64,000 nt of DNA. Source: Takakia lepidozioides (Eukaryota > Plantae > Bryophyta). The stretch lies in contig CM060731.1 in NCBI GenBank assembly GCA_030704615.1, positions 52,328,001-52,392,000 of the forward strand. The letters run 5' to 3'. A model generated the notes under the pieces. The model was given only the letters and a program-made list of their open reading frames with translations. It searched no databases and was not told the DNA's origin. Shown piece after piece: positions 46,026-60,013 of this stretch (positions within the stretch are counted from its first letter, which is position 1; every line of letters begins with the position of its first letter). The translations under genes were made by a program, and so were the position numbers.

Positions 46026-47420
46026 TTCAACCAGAAGAGGCCTTTCAAAGGGGAACTCATTTTGGCCAAAGATGTGGGGAGAAATCCTCCGCAATCTGCA
46101 CTTCCCTCTCATCTCTAGGAAGCACTTTGAAGTGAAACTTCAGGACCTCAAATCAATGCACAACAGCCCTTTCACAACCACAAAGTCTGTGAAGCAGTAG
46201 CGTAATATTAAGGGTCAGGCTGGACCTAGAGAAGTTCACTCCCTGTCTCAACTCCCAGTGCTTCCCTTTAGCTGCCATGTGGTGGTACCCTCCATTGATT
46301 GGGCATCACAACAGGTATCAAAAATCGTCGACACACTGTGTAGGATTGAAGTGTTTTGCAGAAATGCCAACTAATCTGCGGAAGTCCTGCGTGTCCGTAC
46401 ACAGGTAGATAAATCTGGTGTGGACAATCTGAACAGTCAAAACTACAGGAAGAGCTTTTGGTTCAGGTTGTGTCGTATGCAAGGATGACATTTATAGTGC
46501 ACATTGCAACTACGTAAACAGACAACACTCTCTGCAAGCTTTGAAAAGGAGAAGCAACTCCACCATAAAAGAACTTGATCACCTGAAAAGTGCATAAAAC
46601 ATGTATTTGGTGAACATTTTGTAAGTGATATTGACATTGATCATTGTACAATCGGTGTAAGACATCAAGATGGTGAATGCGGCAGTGGAATTCTTTGGCA
46701 GGAATTGGAGGAAAAACTCACAATCAAGTGCCTCGCGCACTCATCTCTACTAAGTAATTTGACACAGAAACTTTGAGGACCTCAATTTGACTAACATCAC
46801 TAATTACAGTAAGCTAAAGGACGCATTGTGAAACAGCAACAGGCATACCGGCATTTCTGGCATCAGGGTTGACCTAGAAGTGTTCACTCCCGGTCTCAGA
46901 TCCCCCATCGCTTCCCATTCACTGCCATGTGATGCAACCCTGCAATAACTAGATGTTGCAGCAAGTCTCAGAGAAGTGCAAGGATGTGCGTGTCATGGAG
47001 AGATGACTACTCATTGGCGGAAGTCCTGCTTTCCGTTACAATGAGAGATGCTCAAAGGAAAGTTCCCGTCACCATATCCCTCTCCTGGAAGCTGGGTGAA
47101 GATCTTGACCGTCTGCAGTTTCAGTTTCTGCTCAACCTCATGATCGCAGTCCTCAGTTTTACACAACCATAAAACGCATCCCAGGCTAGGGCTTTGGAGT
47201 GGGGGTAAAGACCATGTCTTGACTGTTAGGTAGATGATCCCTGCTTCTCAAAGCATAGCAATCCATGTTTTTGTCAACGTTGCTTGCCGCAGACTGGCCT
47301 CCCAAAACAAACCTCCATACAGATTTGTTAGAGGGGAGTGACCCTGTAGAAAGAACTTAAGATTCTTTCAGGAAATTAAAGACACCGAATGAATCCTAAA
47401 GTTGCAAACTAGTAGAAAAA

Positions 47421-48948
47421 TCAGTGAGAGCTTGTTGGGAACAGAGTCAGTATTTGCCGTGGTGGCGACCCAGGCTGGCTGTGCATATGACTGTGACTGT
47501 AACTATGGTTGTCAACCATGTGGTCTCTATGATCCCCATGGGGAGCCCGTTGTGGCAGCCCCCTTCCAATGGGAGCATATGGATGATGCTCGTAGCCTCC
47601 ATAATGGGCATGTGCCATGGGGAGTGGTCCCAATCCTGTTAAAGGCATCTGAACACTTGGGCCTGAAAAGGGTGGAGGACCAATATCATCCCTGTGGCTC
47701 GGCATGTAATGAGAACCAGCAACAATATTTGGTGGTAAAGGGGTGGAGGCAAATAGCTGGTCTGATGCTGAGGGACCTTCATTTGAAAGCCCCTGCATGC
47801 GCTTGAGGTACAACCGATACTTCTGAAGATGGGATGCAACATTCTCTCTTGTCAATCCCTCCACATTCATCAGCTGCATGATGGTTTTGGGAACAGCGTT
47901 CTTGATGCCAAGGTGGCCCACTGCATCAACAAAGCGTTTGTGCAGCTGCGGTGTCCAAACAAGACGGGGCCTTTTGAGTGTGCGGGCGTTTGGTTCATCG
48001 CTACTATTCTCTGGGCCTCCTGCAGAGGCGCCGTCCTCAGACTCTGAATCGGTCATCTTGCGGGCATTCTTGGAAGAGCCCCCACCTTTGCTACTTTCGT
48101 CCCCCCTCCCACCGTAGCTGCTCTCTGCTCTCCTCTCGTAGGAGCCATAAGGGAGATTCATGTTCATCATCAAGGGCAAGGACCCCTGCTCAGACCTTGC
48201 ATCAACTGCATTGTAACTCGTGCCATCTCTGTAGGCCCCAGGCCCGCCATGCTGGCCAGCTTGAGATTGAGGATGATAGGCAGGAGCGTGATTGTTGCCG
48301 CCAGCCCCCGGCCCCCCCGATCCACCATTACTGCCAACGCCTCCTTTTGCTGCAGCACCTCCTCCCACCCGCCCCTGACCTCCAAAGCCAAATCCGCCTG
48401 CAACCACTCAAACATTCTCAACACAGAGTACCCTTGAAGAGTCTCTGACAGGCAAGCAGACGGTCAAATACAAGCCGTCAATTTACTACAGTACGGCGTG
48501 AAATTCTTGTACACGGCTATGTAGAGTTCGTGCATTTAGAAACGAAACTCACTGACAAAACTCTCCTTCAAAATGCGCAGACAGGAAACCCCCAAGGAGA
48601 TCCAAACTTGCAAGTTGCATGTCCACCTCTAATAAGTACTGCTTAATTTCGGTATGTACCTCCTTCCTCGCGCGCTTGAAACGAAGGATACGAATCAATG
48701 GCCGGCACCGAGGGCGTGGGCGTGTGCGCGCGGAGGTTGAGAATGGTGGCCCGAGACGACCGCTGCACATCGGCGGGCATTTTTGGTGGATCGTGCCTTA
48801 TGCTGAAGGCGCATGCCAGCACAGGGGAGATGAGGGTCTGTGAGAGCGGGGCAAGTTCATCGTTGGTAGGAAGTCCCTTCTCCCACTCCACCACGCGGTC
48901 GTTATCCTTCATCATCATGCCTGGCCAAGGCCTCTCTATAGCATGCAT
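47421..48948 (-). CDS. LUX: LUX ARRHYTHMO/PCL1-like GARP (MYB-like) transcription factor, two coding exons (48948 or 48918 to 48660; 48397 to 47421)
   Basis: N-terminal EWEKGLP...L.PLSQTLI.P.LA.AF.I motif and GARP domain [23 protein letters not shown]...[13 protein letters not shown] phase-1 GT-AG intron (48659-48398) joins the frames correctly. The C-terminus ends [10 protein letters not shown]. Confidence 0.93.
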
Positions 48949-49899
48949 GCAGGCCCTCTTCACCCTTCTGTCCCTCTTATACTCTACAGCGCTGTGCGTA
49001 CCTCTATCTCTTCCGTCCTGACAGGTCCCGGGGGCCGCTTGGTACTTCCTCTCCGAAGAACTGTCTCTCTTTACCCACCTTCTTCCCTTGCTCCTTCTTC
49101 AAGTACTAGGTGCTTCCAAGTTCACACAACTTTACTACTCCCAACTGCCCCTTCCCCTCAGACGAAGCTGTGAAATAAGAGCAACCCTTCCTCTTAACTT
49201 CCCTTTGCATGTGTATATCTTCATTCAACTCTGTCTCCGGCACTTCTATCCTGCGCCCTCTCACTATAATATCGGCTGCCTTATCACGACCAAGGTCTCC
49301 CCCCTCCCCCCCACCTCCTTGCCTTCTCTCACTCTCCCCCTCCCTTGTCTGTCACTTACGTCTTACGTCCTTTGAGCTCACTACCGGTATGGCTTGCGTA
49401 AATACGCACATATCGCCTCGGCACAGATCTCTGCGCCCGTTGCAGCCTCTACCTTCCTCAACACCGTCATGTCGCCACCTCCCCCATGGAAGGCTCCAAT
49501 TGACGGCACCTTCGCAAGCTCTCCCCCGCTCTTCCTGGGCACCACACTTTCCACATCAACCTCCCAGATTCACTCCCCCCACTGCCTAGGCCTAGATCCA
49601 ACACTGCCTCTCTCCTCCCAAAACCTTTTCCTCCACCCTCACACACACGCCGCCTCCGGCATTATTGGAAGCGCAGAGAAAAGAAGCTCACGCCCCTGCC
49701 ATCTCCACCCCCTCCTGCCATGGAAGTATGCGCACCCGCACGCTTGGGTCAGAGACACACAAGGCCCACGGTGTGTGGCAAGCATGGAGGAGCGAGGCAG
49801 GCCAGCAGGCGAGCAGCCAAACAAACAAACAAACAAACAAGAAGACGCTCCAGCGATAGAGCGAACGAGCGAGCGAGCCTCATGTGCCCTGCGTGCTGC

Positions 49900-50900
49900 C
49901 TGCTGCCCTACTCCCTCCTACTTCTACTTGTTACTATTTTACCCCGTTTTACCCGCCCCATAATTGATGCCGATTCTCTGATTCGCCTCCTGCGCAATCC
50001 GTTTTCCGATCTTCTTACCGCAATCCAAACTGATTTCCTTTACCTCGCACTTACAATCTATTTTTTTGTTTTTCCCGCAAATTAAGAACAGACGACCGGA
50101 TGAATGAAACCGATCCCTCACGCAGCAGATGGATGAATGCGGCATCCCGCCGCAGCATCCACCGGATTTAGCCGGAATCTTTGGCTTCCAGAACTTGGAT
50201 ATTACTGGTCGGTTTTGTGTGAACGGTATGCTTTTACCGCCAGGTGAAAGAGAAAACTATTTACTATAACCCCCGCAGCCTAGGGAGAGTAACTCGGGTT
50301 AAAGCACGCCTCGGGAGAGTAACCCGGGTTAGGGCAAGCCTGGAGAGATACTAGATATGGGGGCGGTGGGTCGGCCCTACACCCACACATGCGCTCACGT
50401 GACACCTGACTCTCCCTTTGACCCCGGGTTACTTCTACTTTCCCCGCCTCGAGTAACTCTTGCTCTGCCACCGGCTGCAGCCAGTCGCCTGCAGCGGCGA
50501 GTTCTATTTTCAAAAGGACACCTGGGTTTTATTTTTTCCCCTTCTGAAAAACAAAACAAAAGAAAAAAACGAGGGCTTCCATCCCCTCTTTTGCGAGAAA
50601 GAGAAAACACTAGACTCCGCGAGAATTAGTAAAAATCAATAAAGAAGGCGTATGACGGCTGGTGCCGGTCGCGTCCGAGCTCCGACTGGCGAGTGGCGGT
50701 AGAGATGTGCCAGTCAACGGTCAACCGTGGCTGGTAGAACCTGCAGCGCCCCGAATCCACGCTGTACACGTGGACCATGGCAAATGGGTGACGCAATCCT
50801 CGCAAATCCTGAGGCCCAATCAGGCGCACGAGCACACCATTGGCTCCTGGTCACCTCCGTGTCAGGTCCGGTTCCAGGACACGGCAGTTGAGTTAGTAAA
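49900..50900 (-). promoter_or_regulatory. Probable LUX upstream regulatory region
   Basis: GC-rich, with no obvious transposon. It contains GATTCG (49980), clustered AATC/GATT motifs and CACGTG G-boxes at 50396 and 50767. Confidence 0.45.
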
Positions 50901-53069
50901 TAGTCAGCTACTATATCGGACTTACCCTGTTTGACAAACCCACGGTGAGCGAACCTTGCATCCATTGCCTGGTGGATGAGCTACTTGTCATCCACAGAGT
51001 TAGCTCAGATGACGGTCTGGATTCCATGGAGGACTTGTAACTTGTCATCGATTTCCGGTGATGATCAAGTCGGTAGTTAGCCGCCGTGCGGAGAAAATAT
51101 ATCATGTAACGATCCTTGCTGGTTTTGTTTCTAGTACTGTGGGCATCATATTGGTGACAAAAATATGGGAGAATAAACAATATTCAGCATCCCTGTATTT
51201 GCTCTCTGGGTTTTCTATTTATTATTCATGCATTTGTGAGACTCAGATTCGTGCATTTGTGAGACTCAGGTAGCTTGAGAACATATGCCAAAAAGAAAAA
51301 AGAAAAAAGAACATGTGAAATAAAAAACGTATGATGTGTAATTAAAACATATCTCTTGAAAATGAGCATGTGAGAAATTGGGTGGACTCTGGAGTGACTG
51401 GAGCCTGGGTGAGTGAGGATAGAATCTGGGCCCATTGGGAATAAATGGATAAATAAATAAAAGTATAGAAGCCGAACAATCCAGCTGAATCTGGTCCGTT
51501 TGGATTTGCCAGTTGGTGGCTGACCACAGAATCTTGTTGCAACCTACCAGTTGTAGCTGGGATAGATGAATGTGTGGATGAATGTTGGACACTCAGTTCG
51601 TCCTGGTCAACGTGGCACTGGAGACATGATAGAATTATTGCCAAACTTGGGTCGACAATAAATGGATTAAATACAATCACGTCATGTTCTCGTTTTTAAT
51701 AAAGCCTTCTCCCCTGAATGAAACTTTGGCCTAGGGGGGCAGTGTCCCCTTTCTCAGCCTCCATGGCATGTCATGTGAGGTTATTTTTTCCTCATTAATA
51801 TATTCGGCCTATCTGGGGCCTTAAAAGAAAACAAATTTGGCTTATGTGTGACATATGTGTTCACCAAAAAAATAAAAAGAGGAGGGATTAGATGTTGAGA
51901 ATATATTAAAATAAATTCGAATCATTTTAATTTATTTTTATTATTAAAAAATCAAACAGGGGAGGAAGCCCTGAGAATATATTTAGAGGCATGGAAAAAA
52001 TAAACATGCGAGGCCGTAGGGCTTACAGCAGGGATACCACCCAGATGGACCATTATTGTAACCATGGTTTTATATGGGGGATGTTTTTAGTTATTAGCTC
52101 CTGAAGCCCTTTCAGAAAAACCATTATAAACCTACGCAACAAGATCACTTTATTGAAAAGTAGTGGGATATTGTTTTTTAGAAAAGTGGGAAAAGAATTG
52201 AAACCCACAAGGACATAAGGCAAAACTAGGGACAGCGCAAGAGGCCTGCGAGCCGCCTCAGGAAACACACCATTGTTTTTTTTTTTTTCAAAAAAGGGAA
52301 ACACCTGGAAGCGACAGCTCACAAATCAGGCCCCTTAGTTATAGTGAGAGGAAAAAATAACCTCTTTCAGAGTAACCTCGCCGTGAAGGCTTTCACATGG
52401 GACACTGCCCAAGGGAAGAGCACACCATTAAAGGTAAAGGCGAAGTAAATAGGCAGACCATAAACAAGAATTCCAATTTGATAAATGATACAATAAAAAA
52501 AAATAAAAATTGTAATGATGAAACTGATAAACGATTTAAGTTCATGACATGATTATTTTTTCCTTGACATTTTCTGATATTAGATTCAGGCCTCCATCCT
52601 CTTTTGATTTTTCTAAGAAAATGTCTAATACCTTAAATCTACATCATTTAATTAGATCTGATATGCTAAACAAATTTCAATTGATAACGGTTAGATTTTT
52701 TCATGTAACATCCACACAAATGAGATGGAAGGGAAAAAAAAAAAATCACGGACATATGTCATAGTGTCACCCTCAAATATGAATTATTAAAAAAGATACA
52801 AACCCACATAAATATTTATTTATTTAACATTCCTTGGAGTTGGTTATGATGGCGGTCCATTCAATAGTAGCTGATTTATTCTTTCAAGTGTCTATAGAAA
52901 TATTTTTTCATAGTTGTATAATCAAAATTAGGCCCATCACATAGCTAGTTACAAATATTTATTGTTCTTGCAGAATTTTGTATCAAAGCCTTGAAGCGCA
53001 TCAAATATGATATCATTTAAGAAAATAAGTCAAGTGTTTGGAGATATATCCGTGTCCAGTATGATTATG

Positions 53070-56000
53070 GAGAAATATCACAATGATAACTTGTTTTGAG
53101 ACACAAATTTGCTAAATGACTCATCAAATTTAATAACTAATGATAGCCTTCAAATACCTGTATATATAATATAATTTCAAAAAGTTCTCCATTAATATTT
53201 TTTCGTGAGCATTCTATGAGGATGAGTCAATGCCAAAATAATGGCTTCGTATAGAAAATAATTGTAATATTTTGACAACGAGCAAGACATACTCAGATGG
53301 ATTGTGATTTGTAACTTTCTACAGCATAAAAGAGATAATTTATAACTTGTGACTAAGTTGAGAAGTGATGCAATACCCAACTAGCCCATATCAACTACAA
53401 GGTTTTCACAAGAAAACAAGTGGCTAGTCGCCCTCTATTTGAATAGTGGAATATACTTCCATCCATAATAAACTTGAAAATTCATCCATTTATTTTTCCT
53501 AACTTGTTCAATAACAAAGATATTACCTGAGGGAGGTGTTACCTAGAGAAGGCAACATCATGGAAGTAAATTTTAGCAATGGAATTTAGAAAGGAGAAGC
53601 ACCAGAGGGGCTTAGTGATTTTGAGACTGCTGCATACTCTCATCTTTAGAATAAAGATGAGCCAATAAAGCCTATTTTTTTTTATTTAGCTGCAAAGGGT
53701 AGTAGGTACCCTCAGTGAATTCCAACACAAATCGAGAAACTCCCATTCAACAACACCTTTGATACACCGAAATCTCTTTGTACATAAATTAATCAACGTC
53801 AGAAAACAAAATATTAGACTTACTCACATGATATAAAATCATTCTCCACCTCCTTCTCTTCTGGGTGATAGTGGAGCATAACTCATAACAACTTACAAAA
53901 CAATGGGCCTGCAAGGATTGTGGAACTCATGGAAAGTGGGTATGTTCCCTTTTGCTAGGATGAATCATCTGCAACCTACAACCGGCAGTACATCTCCAAA
54001 GACATGCAATTCGCATCTTGGTTCATCAACCTTGTTTCTGTTTGAGAACAATGTAGGGAGATCAGAAAGGCTATATGTTTGTGATAATGTCATCGTTGTG
54101 CTTACCAAAAAAAGCGTACAACATGAAAACACAGAAAAATTGATCAATGAGAAAAGACAATGGCGACAAAGGTGTAATTGGATATGGTGACACATAGAGG
54201 TTGCATCAATGAAAAATGCGATTAAGATGGAATGGATGTGATCGTTGAGAGGACTGGTGCACAATACAAGGATTTGAGTCATGACAATATATTCTTTGGT
54301 GATCGGCCTAACACACATATAAGGAAAACAGTCGGTTAATCTCATGGCTGATGCTTGGCTTTCTCAACCAAATTCCACCTGCACATTGTCTCATAATTTT
54401 GCAGACTCAATGTCAAATGCTGCAAGTTGGGTTAGCTAGTTGGAGGATGGTGGGTCTGGCACAGGGTACTGATAGGAAGAGGATTGTTCTGATGCTCGAG
54501 ATTTGTGTTGTGGCATGCGCTAGGGTTTGAACGTTTTAACGTAGCTTTCGTGTGTGGAGGTGATAGCAACATTTGGGTAGAATGGCGGGCCTGATTTTCA
54601 TTCGAGGCTTAGACGGCATTGAGATCGAGAAGTTGCGCACTCCAAAGATAGTTGTAGAGGTTTTGGAGGCTCTTCGGCATGAGGGGGATTTGCGGAATCA
54701 AGACGGAGTTCGACTGCATGCCAGCGATACCTTGGAGGCAGGATCCTATACCTTTCAGCAAGTTGATATTCCTCCCGCAGGTACGAGGGTCTATGCGTCT
54801 CCGGTTGTTGGACCTAAAGCAAACCATAATAGCCCCACTTCCAATCAGTACCTGAGCTGCAAATCGAAGAGTAGAACAAGAACAAAAAGCATTAGGTATG
54901 ACATCATCACACTAAACTTCAGTCCAATACTAGATATGTAGTTTTCTCTGTGGAATCAATATCTTGAATATATAATTTTGTGGTACGACATACCCTCCTC
55001 ATCCTTTCTATGCAAACAACAAACATTATACACACGCATTTGAGATCTCTTGGGAGGACACTTCCTGGCCCTACACAAACAAAAGCTAAGTAAAACCTCC
55101 TAATAACCTCCTCTTGAATGACCAACTTGGTAGAAATGCAGTAGAGAAATATTATAACGATAACTTGTTACGAGACACATATTTGTTAAATAACTCCTCC
55201 AAGGTTAAGAACTATGTACTAAGTAGAGGTCATTCCTTGGATATCTTCGAAGATTTGTTTATATAACATCATTTCAAAACCTTCTTTTCAGTGCATAACA
55301 GAAATGGTGACCATAATATGAGTTAATGCCAAAATAATGGGCAAATACAAAAAACTGGCAATGAGTAGAGATATTATGATAATTGTAATTGACAACTTTG
55401 TAAAGACGGTGGTTGGAGGTCTAACTTGCTGACTCTTGATAGGAAAACATGATTGAAGAGATATTTTATAATTTGTGATTAAGTTTAGAAGTGATGCGAT
55501 ATCCAACTAGCCTTGGGAGATGGTGTCATCATTCATGTCACCATTCCCACAAGATTCTCACAAGAACATAAAGCCTAAACTCTAGGATTTAGCGGCAAGA
55601 GTGTGCACTCAGCAAATTCAGACACAAATTGAGAAACTCCCTTTCAGCAGCACGTTTAAATAATAGTGACACCGAAACTTTTGTGTACATAGGTAGTTTG
55701 TTCAACCCTCATCAAAGTTGGCAGTGCAACATAACTCATAACAAATTACAAACAATGGCTAAGGATTGTTTGTTGGACTTGTAGAAATGTGTATGTTCCC
55801 TTTTTAATATGATGAATGATCTTCAACCAACCAACACATCTCTAGGGACTTGCATGCATATGCCCAAAGATCTTGGACCTCCCCTAGATTACATCATTTT
55901 AAAGGAGTCAAGGCTTGAGATATGCCTATGCCCAATATGGTTGTAGTTAGATGAAATGGAATGAAGAAATATTATAGTGATAACTTGAGGGGAGACATAT

Positions 56001-56870
56001 ATTACAATGATAACTTGTTTTGGGACACGAATTTGCTAGATGATTTTTTTTTTATTCATTAAAACCATGTAGTAGAGATCATTCCTCAAAGATCGTCGAG
56101 TATTCTACACAATATATTACAATTAATAAAAATAAAAAATCATTGCATCATTGAATTGAGAACCATAATATGGATGAATCAATGCCTAATAACGGCTTCA
56201 TATTAGAAAATTAAAAATAACGAGCCAGACATACTAAGATTAGTTGTGATTTGTAACTTTATAAAAGATGTTGGGGTAGGCTAACTTGCTCTTAATAGAA
56301 AAAACATGAACGAAGAGATATTTTTATAATTTGTAATGAAGTTGCAATACCCAACTAACCTTGGTACATTATGACATGTCATTGACCATGTTTTCACAAG
56401 CAGAAAAGGCCGAAACCCTAGGAATTAGTTGCATGAGTGTGATGAATTCCAAGTTCCAACACAAATAAAAACCTCCCTCCATCAAGTTAGGCCTAAACCC
56501 TAGGAATTAGTTGCATCAGTGTGATGAATTCAAATTACAAAATAAAAAATCTCCCTCCGTCAAGTTGGCAGTGGAGCATAAAGTGGGTATGTTCGTATGT
56601 TCCTATTTGTGAGTTTGAGTCATCTTCAACCAACCGCCACGACATGACATGCAATCGCCCAAAGATCTTGGTTATGGTTCACAAAACGTCTTTTTGCATG
56701 AGGTATTTAATTCTTATAAAGGTCGGCGGTGGACAATGGGCAAGGATTGTTGGACTTGCGGAAAGTATATACCTATGTTCCCTTTTGCTAGATGATTCAG
56801 CTTCAACTAGCAACATCCCCAAAGACATGCATTTGCCCAAAGATCTTGGTTCCTCAACTTTGCTTTTGTC
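53070..56870. repeat. Three diverged direct repeats of about 0.75-1 kb (about 53070-54030, 55143-55880, 55963-56870)
   Basis: Collinear shared blocks: gataacttgtt...gacac, caatacccaacta, caaggattg...tatgttcccttt and aaagatcttgg. Confidence 0.75.
54582..54780 (+). other. Orphan first exon encoding a small domain of unknown function
   Basis: ATG in good context downstream of a TAGGGTTT telo-box. It reads MAGLIFIRGLDG...GDLRNQDGVRLHASDTLEAGSYTFQQ and ends at a strong CAG|GTACG donor. No downstream exon was recognised. Confidence 0.4.
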
Positions 56871-58998
56871 TTTAAAAAAAGTGTTTCAGCTTGACTTACA
56901 TGATAAATGGGGATGAAAGAGGCATAATCGTTAATACATTTTGGATAAGGCCATGATCTTCCGCGGATGTTACAACACCGTTTGGATACTTTGTCGGATC
57001 CATGATGTCATTTGGATTGTTCCCTGGGGTGAGCTGTTTCGCTGCATGTTGAGAGTTGAGAGCCTCTTTTAATCAAAATTTGCAGTATGCCAGATTCGCA
57101 ATGTTTGACTTTATCTTAAGCATTGTTGGATGTAAGAGTTTTCCCGATTCTTTCTACCCACCTATATTGTCATCAATATTTAATTATGAGAAAGCGCCAA
57201 CTTTTGTGGAATCGGAATCATGCGTGTAAATAAATAAATAAATAACGAATCAGAAAACTCTTGTTCATAATACGGCTACCCCCCCCCCCCCCTTCACTAA
57301 TGACTGCTCGGCTCGAAAAATTCAGAGTTAGTGAACCCAAGTACGCTCGGTACGTGCCTGATCAAGACACTAATTACGAGGTTTAGTAGGATTTTCCGAC
57401 TAATCATTCCAGTATCTCGCGCTAGATTGCGGCCGACTAGTAACCTACCAACATGCGCATTCATCCATCCACAACCCCCCAGCGGACGGATGCCTCCGTC
57501 CGGAATTACCTGCAGCGGCGGGCGTAAGTGTGAAAACGGAGAAGGGGGTACGGCGCGGGTGGACTGCGGCAAACGATATGGGATAAAGCCCTCGCCCGTA
57601 CCGTACTGTGGTGTACCGCGCGGCCCCGGCCACGCAATCCTAACCGCGCCACGCTTCGCTACCAGATCCACCCCACCTACGTGGCGCCCTCCGAACCATG
57701 ATGCCCCCCACCCAAATCAAGGACCGCTTCTGAAACCATTGAACACAAGGCACGTGTCTCAAACAGCCTGGGTACAGGATCTGGGTCCCGGCCGCCTCGG
57801 CACGTGGGCCCCGCTCCTACGCGCCCACGTTGCGGATCCCGCCAAGATCCCTCGCTGTCAGTCCTTTCGCATCCGTTCATTCCTTTTTACCCGCCTTCGC
57901 TGTCGAGCATAGAAACTTTTTAACCAATTAAATCGGATATATACGGGGCCTCGTACGACTAATTTTGAGAGTACGACAAAGTCAAGAAGATCCGAACTAG
58001 AAAAAATATGGTATTATATTAAATCGCGTACTGAAGAAGCTCGTGAACCTTTGGACCGCGGTACGTTGCCGCGGTTAGACTGCGGAATCTCGCGCAGCCG
58101 CGGTTGCCGCAGAATCTAGTCACGTCCTTACTTAGCTGCTCACTAAGCGTTGATTTAGTGTTTAAGCAATCACTAACTGCGGTATTAGATACTCGGTAAA
58201 TCCTCGATATTCACCATTTTGTGCGTCATCGATTCCCTCTTGCTAACTTACTCGGATTCGCAGAAAATCTAGGAGAATCGGCGGACGTTCATTCATTGCT
58301 CGCTGGATGTCGGTATTATTCATCCATCCATCCCCCGGATACGATGACGTCACGCCGCCTTCTTGTCGCTACTCCAAAATACTAAACAAATGACAAGGCG
58401 ACGCCAGCCTGGCCCCACCCCGAATCGGGCCATTGCTGCGTGGCGCTTCGTGACTGCGTGAGAGTGCCTGGCACAGATATCAGTGTGCCAGGTCGACGGG
58501 TACCAACCACTCAGCGCAGTTCCCGCGGATTCCAAGAGCCTGGCGGATCTGAGAATATGGCTGTCCTAATTCAGGCAGGTTTTCTGGGCCGGAATGTTCG
58601 GATATCCAGATCCCGAGTTCAGATCCCCAAATATATTGTCCCGCAGTCAATCGCACGCTGCGGTGGCGCCGATGCCGATCTCATCCAACGTGGATGAATT
58701 GTGAGCAACAGAATTGAGCGAGCGTAGATGCCCTGCTCTAGGGCAAAGATAAGGGGCCCCAAGACCGACCCCTGAGCTCCATGGGAGGGAATGCGTGGTG
58801 TCGGTGCCTCGCCGTCTCAATAGATACTGAAGTTTCACAAGGTTTAGCATAAATTAATTGATGCAGTTGAATAAAGCCGCAAATTCTGTCCGTCCAACAA
58901 ACTAAATGGAAATGACGAATGAATGTGCTACGCCCATTCATATCATATGCCTGATGTCGATTAAAAAGTGCGGGGTATTCTAGCTAGGTGAGGGTTAC

Positions 58999-59066
58999 CA
59001 ATTCATTCCTAGTATTCGAAGGTATGTTCTATCAATTCATTCCTAGTATTCGAAGGTATGTTCTAT
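58999..59066. repeat. Perfect 34-bp tandem duplication
   Basis: caattcattcctagtattcgaaggtatgttctat occurs twice. Confidence 0.9.
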
Positions 59067-59739
59067 CAGGAATGTTATAACGATGGCTCATGTTCGAGTT
59101 TACATTTTAAGATTGCTTGCAGAGCCCACCAAAGTAAGGTTGAGGCAGAAGAAGCCCTTAGGTAAAAGTCGGTCCTTACCCTCCTTTATATACCTACTCT
59201 CGGCGGTGAAGTCTTCTAGAAGGGGCCACCGCCTCATCCTACTTCTATGCTCTCCTCTGCACATGGCCTCACACATCAGCCATTCCAACACCCAGTGCCC
59301 TCCCTCCGCATTGGCCGCTCCATTGTTCTCCCTTTTTCCACCTTCAAAATAAACCCTTCAGAATTTGGGACCCCCTTATTATTTATTTATTTATTTTACC
59401 TACTAGGGTTTCCTTTCTCATAATTTCCCTCCATCCATCTAGATGATTAGTTGTGCATTTTCTCCATCCAAAGTAGAAGGCTGCAAGTAGAGGGGATGGT
59501 CAAAGGAAGTTTTAAGTAACCGAGAACATTTCAAAGACAAAAACAATATTCCCAACGTATCGGGAGATAAAAAGGATGCCATATCCAATTCATAACTTAT
59601 TTTACTGTACCCTGAAGGGGTGAAGTTGTAAACTCCGGTAATATCTCTCCACAAACAAATATCATGTGGCCGGACCTCGGACCGGGAATAATCTGCCTGA
59701 AAAGTCCGCTCACAGTCGTCGCTCGTCTTTGGTGCTGCC

Positions 59740-60013
59740 CAGTGTTTTTTTTTGGCGAAAAATCAAATGGCGACCTCAAAACATTAAAATGGAATATTCT
59801 ATCGTAAATTCCCAATTTATTCATGGATGAAATCGCCAAACTTCTACAAGGAAAAAAAATATAATGGATGATTTCGCCAAATGTGGATGATATAAATGGA
59901 TGAAAGTACATAGGAGGATGATTCTATCCAAAGTTTTAATGGATGAACAGAATATATAGCTATTTCCTGTAGCCACTCGTGCTATTTTTCAAATTTAAGA
60001 AAAAAAATCACTG
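59740..60013. mobile_element. hAT-type MITE
   Basis: CAGTG...CACTG termini with T/A-run TIRs and a perfect 8-bp TSD GTGCTGCC (59732-59739 and 60014-60021). Confidence 0.9.

Noticed and set aside
51950-52460. Additional structured RNA (several short GC hairpins)
   Set aside because: Single copy in the window, short stems and no covariation evidence.
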